Assembly: GCF_006345805.1 (NCBI RefSeq) | Contig: NC_043011.1 | Coordinates: 46,574,464-46,638,463 of the forward strand | Reading direction: 5' to 3' | Source of the DNA: Octopus sinensis | Taxonomy: Eukaryota | DNA: 64,000 bases | Shown here: positions 56,488 to 64,000 of the stretch, in pieces | Numbering within the stretch: the stretch's first letter is position 1 | Layout of the letters: every line of letters begins with the position of its first letter | The notes under the pieces: generated by a model | The model's database searches: none | The model's input: the letters and a program-made list of their open reading frames with translations, nothing else | What the model was told of the DNA's origin: nothing | Position numbers and translations under genes: made by a program

Positions 56488-56806
56488 CAAGAGCACTCAG
56501 AGAATGGAAACTTCTGCCAAGGCAACACCAACATCCTCTGAACGATTAGCCAGAGATGTTTTTTTTAAATGAGAATATTTGAAATAAACTCCACAGCACT
56601 CACAAATGAGAATACTAAAAAATGAATCCGACCACTCACATAAATTAACTAAAAAAAAACAGGAAAAATAATCCAGAATCTTTATCCTGTACCAGACCAA
56701 TCCCAAAATCTAATCGGTTTGTGCCAGTCATGAAGTCAAACATCCCTGAAAGTTTCATCTGAATCCATCAAGCGGTTCTTGAAACATCTTGGATAAGCAA
56801 ACAAAC
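56487..56806 (+). mobile_element. Non-autonomous Helentron/HINE-like element, interrupted at its 3' part by a SINE
   Basis: acaagagcactcagag...tgccaaggc start and gaaagtttcatctgaatccatcaagcggttcttg...caaacaaac end resemble this class. Family assignment is from pattern memory. Confidence 0.35.
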
Positions 56807-56808
56807 GT

Positions 56809-57206
56809 GGCACAGGAGTGGCTGTGTGGTAAGTAGCTTGCTAACCAACCACACGGTTCCGGGTTCAGTCCCACTGCCTGCGTGGCATCTTGGGCAAGTG
56901 TCTTCTACTATAGCCCCGGGCCGACCAGTGCCTTGTGAGTGGATTTGGTAGACGGAAACTGAAAGAAGCCTGTCGTATATATGTATATATATGTGTGTGT
57001 GTGTTTGTGTTTGTCCCCCTAGCATTGCTTGACAACCGATGCTGGTGTGTTTACGTCCCCGTCACTTAGCGGTTCGGCAAAAGAGACCGATAGAATAAGT
57101 ACTGGGCTTACAAAGAATAAGTCCCGGGGTTGATTTGCTCGACTAAAGGCGGTGCTCCAGCATGGCTGCAGTCAAATGACTGAAACAAGTAAGTAAAGTA
57201 AAGTAA
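56809..57206 (+). mobile_element. SINE family A, near-consensus copy
   Basis: Full-length family alignment. Confidence 0.9.
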
Positions 57207-57254
57207 AACGTGACTGCAAACGTGACTTCCAATTTTGCTAAGGCAGAGATATTA

Positions 57255-57779
57255 ATAATGGTTTCAAGTTTTGGTACAAGGCCAGCAAGTTTAGGGGAAC
57301 AGGGTAGTTGATTACATCAATCTCAATTGGTATTTATTTATCGACCCTGAAAGGATGAAAAGCAAAGTGAACCTCAGTGAAATTTGAACTCAGAACCTAA
57401 GGACCAAACTGCTGCCAAATATTTTATCCAGTGTGCTAATGATTCTCCCGGTGTGCCGCCTAAATAATAATGATATTGTCCAGGACCAGCAATATCAGGG
57501 TGGTGGGGTATGTCTATTAAATCGACCCCAATATTCAACTGGTATTCATTTTATCAATTCCAAAAGGATGAAAAGCAAAGTCGATCTTGGGTAGAATTTG
57601 AACTCAGAGCATAAAGCATTCTGCCTGGTGCATGACGATTCTGCCAGCTTGCCACCTTTGCTGCCTTAATCTTCATTAAGGATTACCAGGTGGGTCCTAA
57701 GCACTCGAAAGGCTGCAGAAAACCTAAGGCCATCCACATAATTCCTATCAGGAATAACACTGAACCAGAGACAAATCAA

Positions 57780-57820
<41 letters not shown>

Positions 57821-58032
57821 TAATCCTTTCTACTAAAGGCACGAAACCTGAAATTTTCGGGTCAATTACATTGACCCCAGTATGTGATTGGTACTTATTT
57901 CATTAACCCGCAAAAGGATAAATGGCAAAGTCAACCTCAGAACATAATTTGAACTCAGAACATAAAGACGGATGAAATGCTGCTAAGCATTTTACCCAGC
58001 ATGCTGAGGGTTCTATCAGTTCACCACCTTAA
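57255..58032 (-). mobile_element. Cluster of three SINE family B copies
   Basis: About 57255-57462, 57485-57660 and 57825-58032. Other minus copies at about 37745-37920 and 58940-59102. Confidence 0.75.
57688..57780 (+). mobile_element. 3' UTR remnant of the same Dong-like family
   Basis: gtgggtcctaa...cacataattcctatcaggaataacactgaaccagagacaaatcaaa aligns with the 3' UTR of the 49.7-kb copy and runs directly into (AAT)n. Confidence 0.55.
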
Positions 58033-59892
58033 ATAATGGTGATAATGATGATGATGATAATAATAATAATAATAATCATAATGATGATGATAATATGATG
58101 ATGATGATGATGATGATGATAATAATAATAATAATGATGATGATGATAATTCATATTCTTATCTTTATTTACAATGACATGTCCTTCATGCTGCTATTAT
58201 ATGGATATTTAGATAGAGAAATAAGGGATATTTACAGAAAGGGGCTATGTGGTTGACAGGTAAATGATACTTAACAACATTCTCTATGGATTGATTGTTT
58301 GTAGCAGATAATCCAGTTTAATTTTTTAAAGTATCGGAGTATCAAATATCGAAGTATCAGATTATCAAGTATTCCACAATATGTTATATACCTTTATTCT
58401 TTATTCTTTAATCTTTCACATCTTCATTCTTTCTATAGAATTCCGTTTCATGAAAATTAACAAGTAAAAATGTTATAAATTCTATCATACATAAAAAAGA
58501 ATGATTTGTAGAATTTGTTGCTGTTGTTACTGTTGTTGTTAAGCTTGAGCTTGGTGGTGGTGGAGGGTTTTGGTGGTAGTGATGATAATGGTAATAGTGG
58601 TGGTGGAGTTTGAAGATGATAGTTATAGGGATGATGATGGCGGTGGTGGTGGTAGTGGTGTGGATTGCATGTTAGAGGGAGAAAAGAATTACTTCCAGCC
58701 TTGCAATGGTGGTAAGCTTATTATTGAGGTGTCAAGCACTATATTAAATGTTAGTAGCTGTTGTTTTGAGTACCACGTCACTGAAATATAAATACAAGAA
58801 AAAAAAAAGAAAAAAAGTACCCCTTTAGGTTCCAAGGAAAATTCAATAACCACTTCTTAGTTCTTATGTCATAACAGAAAGTAGATAAGGAATCAATATA
58901 TTGGCAGAGAAAAAAATAACTCTAGTCCCTCACAGGTAACATTGATTTCAAATTTTGGCACAAGGCCAGCAATTTCAGGGCAGAAAGTTAAGTTATCTGC
59001 TCTTCTCCCTACCACCCCTACACCAGTGCCCAACTGGTACTTATTTTATCATCTCCAGGAGGATGAAAGGCAAAGTTGACCTTGGTGAATTTTGAACTCA
59101 GAAAATCCAATCATGGCCAAAAGTTTGGAACATAGGTCTGAAAGTTAGAATTTTTATATTAAATAAGTGCAGGATGACTATGTCTTTTGGGTTCACATCA
59201 CAGAATTAAGTGTTTTACCCAGAAATAAAATGTGATAATTGGAACAAAAAGGTCTAAAAGGAAGGACTGAATATTATTGCTTTAAACTGACAATGGCATT
59301 TATGCTCAAGCCAACTAGATCTGGCTTCTCACACCTAAAGATAATCACATCAAAATCTCAAAGCTATGAGATCATTGGCAGTGTTTTATCATGTGTCTGA
59401 CAATTTATTTGGTTTCTTCTTGACCACTTCTTCCCCTGTTGATGCATCTGATGACTAATGGGGGCCGATTCTTGCATGGAAGCATCAGTTGCAAAGTCCA
59501 CAAGGGATCTTTGGTGAAGGCTTTGGCTGTTGCAGGATTAGATATGATTTAAAGCAATTGGGAAACCCTGTCTGGTGCTAACAACAGTCAGTGTGGACGG
59601 CAGTAAGGAAGTCTAAGATGCTGTACAACAGTTTATATATGTCGTATGGTGCAATGTGACATTTATATCTGCTCACAGTATATGGTACATTATAGTGTAT
59701 CAAAATACATGTATGTATGATCTAGTGTGTTAACATATCTTTGTTTGTTACAGTGGAAGGTGCCATATGGGATTCATTTTATACACAGTGAGGTGTATAT
59801 TAACATGTTATTTACAGTATATAGCGCAGTATGATGTAATTAGGATAAGGCAGTGAGGTGGCAGAGCCATTAGCTTGCTGGACAAAATGCTT

Positions 59893-60113
59893 TATTCTTT
59901 TTATTCTTTCTTTTCTTTTATTTGTTTCAGGCACTTGACTGTGGCCATGCTGGAGCATGGCCTTTAGTCGAGCAAATCGACCACAGGACTTATTCTTTGT
60001 AAGCTTAGTACTTATTCTATCGGTCTCTCTTGCCGAACCGCTAAGTGACGGGGATGTAAACACACCAGCATCGGTTGTCAAGTGATGTTGGGGGGACAAA
60101 CACAGACACACAA

Positions 60114-60158
<45 letters not shown>

Positions 60159-60325
60159 TATACGATGAGCTTCTTTCAGTTTCTGTCTACCAAATCCACT
60201 CACAAGGCTTTGGTCTGCCCGAGGCTATAGTAGAAGACACGTGCCCAAGGTGCCATGCAGTGGGACTGAACCTGGAACCATGTGGTTGGTAAGCAAGCTA
60301 CTTACCACACAGCCACTCCTGCGCC
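59893..60325 (-). mobile_element. SINE family A nested within a family B copy
   Basis: Splits the family B sequence at aaatgctt|agcaatatt. Confidence 0.85.
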
Positions 60326-61067
60326 TTAGCAATATTTCATTCATCTTTAGATTCTGAGTTCATATTCCACTGGGGTTGACTTTGAGTGTCATCAATTTTG
60401 AGTTGATAAAATAAATGCCAGTCAAGAAATGGGGTCAATGTAACCAAATTAGGCCCTCCTCTGAAATTGCTGGCCTTGTACCAAAATTTGAAACCAATAT
60501 ATATTGTAGGAAGTTTATGATTCAATGTGGTATATGAATATATGTCATAGCATATTTGTTTGGAGGTTTTGGTCATAGTAAGTGTTGTTAATGCTATTTA
60601 GCCCTAGGTCTGTCCCAATTAAGCAAAACCTGTGATCTAAGGCATTTCAGCTATGAACATCCCATCTTTTTCATAAGCACAGAATACTCCAGAGTATCTA
60701 ATCCAATATGTCTTTTCCCTGGAAGGTAGGTTTTATTTGAGTGAAATATGGCTGGCATTTTTACTTGTTCGAACTTGTTCAAACAACCATGTACAATAAC
60801 ATCCTTGCTAGTTTGTTATTTTAAGTAGCATGGCTGTTGCCAAAATGTAAATTTTTAAATGCCCAAATAGTGTTTACGTTGTACTAAATTATGTTTTAAT
60901 GGTATATATATATATATATCTTTTTTAACCTCTTTAAATATTTTTCCACCATCTCGATCAGGCGTGAGAAACTCCTTGTTTATAGGTGAAATTATATCTA
61001 CGTTCAAATCAAGAACTGCCCCATGGAGAACTAAAAAACAAAAAGACATATAAAAACACTTCTTTAA

Positions 61068-61290
61068 CCCTTTCGCTATCGTATTTATTTTGAGATGCTC
61101 TGTGTTTCTTTCAATTATTTTAAATATAACAAAGAATTTAGTAAAATAACTTAGTTATCATTAAGCTAGTGTTAAGAACATAAATTGTGACTGAGGTTTG
61201 GTGGAAGATTTTAATTCAGAACTTATGAAAAGAAGACATTTGTACTACAGAGCCAGGGCCGGTTTTAGCTGGGTTGGTAAGCAAAACAGT
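61068..61290. mobile_element. piggyBac-like MITE, same family as 18270-18489, opposite orientation
   Basis: TTAA|CCCTTTCG start. The internal sequence is the reverse complement of the 18.3-kb copy; the right end is decayed. Confidence 0.65.
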
Positions 61291-62739
61291 AACATAAAAT
61301 AAATTGCATTATATGAATTTGTAAAATTAAAGACTCATTATTTTTACTAAGCACAGCTGCATTCTCCACATGTTGTTAAGTGCGCTTGTAATCCAACCTT
61401 GGTTCTAAAAGGGTTTCCCACATACCTAAACCAGAAATGGCTGATATATTACCGACAAAATTTATATGTGCTTGTAAAATTGAGTAAACTGCATCATGCA
61501 AAAACTCAATTTTGTTTATTACATAATGACATTAGCGTTTGGGATGAGGTCTGAAACAGTTGTTTGAAATAGCTGATATATGAGCGAGTGATATTTACAG
61601 CGTGTTTATATCAGAATGGAAGGGTGTAGAACGAGATGGGTGAGCAAGATCTGAAATGATGTATAGAACTTGCTGCAAACTGCAAGAGACGTATATAAGC
61701 TGTCGGAAGTTTGATCTATGAATACGAGCAAAAAGATGATGAATGGCTTGTCTGAAGAAGAAGGCATAATCATGATTACGCAAAATGTAGACTGCCATAA
61801 TGGAATAACTGTCTAAAAATATGGTAGGAGAGAGATGCAACAGAAATATTGCCTATAATTCTTTAAATCTATAAAATGAGAACTGGAAGGGGATTAAGTT
61901 CTAATGCTGAACACCGACCCTATGTAATAGTAAAAATTCAGGCTGCTTCTTAAATATTGTTACTATCCAAATCTGACCCCTAAATGTGTGGCTTTCCTAC
62001 ATTTGTATTTTTTAGGATTTTTTTTTTTTTCACTTTTGAAATAGATGTCTTCCTTATTTTACCAGTGAATTAATGAGTAATTTTTTTTCTATTCAGAAAT
62101 TTGTGTGTGTATGTGAGCATGTGTGCATGTGTGTGTTTGTTTGCCCATATGTGCCATCCTGTATTTTTGTATAACTAGGACAACATCGCCCAGTGTGTCT
62201 TTCATATTGTGAAACAACAGGGTGTATGATTTTGAGGAATTCAGTAGGTATTTCTTACTGGTAGAGTGACCACGTAGAGGGTTCCCTTGATGGTTTGTGT
62301 GCAATTATGTCTTTTGTGCATTTTGTGTCTTTTGTGTGTATATGTGTTTGTATGTATGTGTGTTTGTATGCATGTGTGTTTGTGTGTGTGTGTTTGTATG
62401 CATGTGTGTGTTTGGGGTGTGTATATTTGTGCATGTGTGTATCATCTGGATGTGATTTCACTGCAGATATTTTGTTTCATACTAACAAGGTGACTAACTA
62501 CAACTGGGATGTATTATACTTGAATATCTAGAGTAAAGCATTCAGAAGTTTGCTTGTTTAATGGTCTAAGTTTGCACAAAAGGTTTCCTAACAGATTTCA
62601 ATGGTACCAACACAACAACAGCATTAATAGGTTGCTGTAATAAAGTTAATTGTTTCTACTGATACTTGTTCCTTCATTACAGTTTTAGACATTGACTTAG
62701 TGTTCTAATACACCACTGATGGTTCTGGTGGTGCTGACG

Positions 62740-63310
62740 TTGTTACTGGTGGTGGTGGTGGTGGTGGTAGAAAGGTTTTGGAGGTAGTGGTGTTGATGGT
62801 AGTTCAACTGCTGTTGCTGGTGGTGCTGCTCTTGTTGTTGTTATTGTTGATGGTGGATGTTTTGTTGCTGTCACAGGTGATTGTGTTGTTGCTGTTGTTG
62901 TTGTTGTTGATGGTGGTGGTGGTAGAATGGTTTTGGAGGTAGTGGTGTTGATGGTAGTTCAGCTGCTGTTGCTGGTGCTACTGTTGCTGTTGATGGTGGT
63001 GCTGCTCTTGTTGTTGATGGTGGATGTTTTGTTGCTGTCCAGGGTGATTGTGTTGTTGCTGATGTTGTTGTTGATGGTGGTGGTGGTGGTGATGATGTGG
63101 TGGTGGTGGTGCTCTTGTTGTCATTGTTGTTATTGTTGATGGATGTTTTGTTGCTGTCGATGGTAATTGTGTTGTTGTTGTTGGTGGTGGTGGTGGTGAC
63201 GGTGGTGGTTGTGCTCTTGTTGTTGGTGGTGGTGGATGTTATGTTGTTGTTCGTGATTGTGTTGTTGTTGGTACAATTGTCGTTGTTGTTGTTGGCAGTG
63301 GTAATGGAGA
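62740..63310. repeat. Complex (GTT/GGT/GCT)n low-complexity minisatellite, ~150-170-bp units
   Basis: ggttttggaggtagtggtgttgatggtagttca occurs twice, and ggatgttttgttgctgtc three times. Confidence 0.9.
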
Positions 63311-63570
63311 TGGTGGAGTGCTGTTCTACTTGCTTAACTTCAAATTGGCTTTGATTCAGCAGACCTGTGTTTAGAGACTCATTCAGTCTTTTATATTCCC
63401 AAATATAATAAATTTACAAGTATTGTGTCTTTCTTTTCAAAATAATAAAATGTGATATGAGAGGATAATTTGGCTGATATTTCTAGCAGATCAAACCACT
63501 TTATAGAAGTTTCCTCATTTGGCAGTGTGGCCGTATACAACCAAGTCAAATCCGATGAAGCAAATCTATG

Positions 63571-63690
63571 ACCAAAGACATTGCAACCATGACTCTCCAG
63601 ACCAAAAACATTGCAACCATGACTCTCCAGACCAAAAACATTGCAACCATGACTCTCCAGACCAAAGACGTTGCATCCATGACTATCCAA
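63571..63690 (+). repeat. 30-bp minisatellite, 4 copies
   Basis: accaaa(g/a)acattgcaaccatgactctccag repeated. Confidence 0.95.
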
Positions 63691-64000
63691 TTTGTGGTGG
63701 AGATACACTAAACTACATTAATTAATGAATATCTTCCCAATTTTCAAGATGACACAGAGTGATTAGAAAGATTAGCTGTTATTTCTAGTATGTTTAGTGA
63801 CCACACAAAGGCTACCTCATCGGCTCATTTCAAATTATCATAGGAAAGGTAAAAAGGTGGCTTAGTTGCACTCCCTCGATGTTAACATTTCTGTATTCCT
63901 GTCTATGTATCTAACTTAATGAATTACACATATTGACTCCCTTTAATAATTGGTTGATCCTAATTGTTGCAGAAATATTTTTGAGCATTTTCAACATAAA

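Noticed and set aside
59445-59495. CTGATGA hammerhead core candidate
   Set aside because: No stem II followed by GAAA can be built. Other CTGATGA sites (about 25701, 38811, 53522) also fail.
62740-63340. Long open Thr/Pro/Asn-rich minus frame resembling a mucin
   Set aside because: Repeat units shift between N-rich, T/P-rich and H/Q-rich registers, and the T/P register has a stop. This fits a non-coding trinucleotide-derived minisatellite.

Overview
AT-rich, repeat-saturated eukaryotic DNA. Its SINE and microsatellite content is typical of an Octopus genome (inferred from memory of the repeat families, not from a database search). No protein-coding gene can be identified with confidence. Nearly all ORFs in the supplied track are translations of microsatellites or SINEs, so the window is probably a large intron or intergenic region. 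It holds about 16 copies of a ~400-bp tRNA-derived SINE with an internal microsatellite, about 18 copies of a second shorter SINE, and other tRNA-SINEs. Other mobile elements are an R4/Dong-type LINE 3' end in (AAT)n, a palindromic mariner derivative, piggyBac- and Tc1-like MITEs and Helitron-like fragments. There are also long (TA)n, (GATA)n, (TATG)n and (AAT)n arrays and several local tandem duplications (1579, 256 and 160 bp). The most interesting signal is a pair of minimal type-I hammerhead-ribozyme-like motifs (7019-7057 on +, 38217-38256 on -) with an atypical CUG-U-N-GA-A core, carried by a short Penelope-like repeat.
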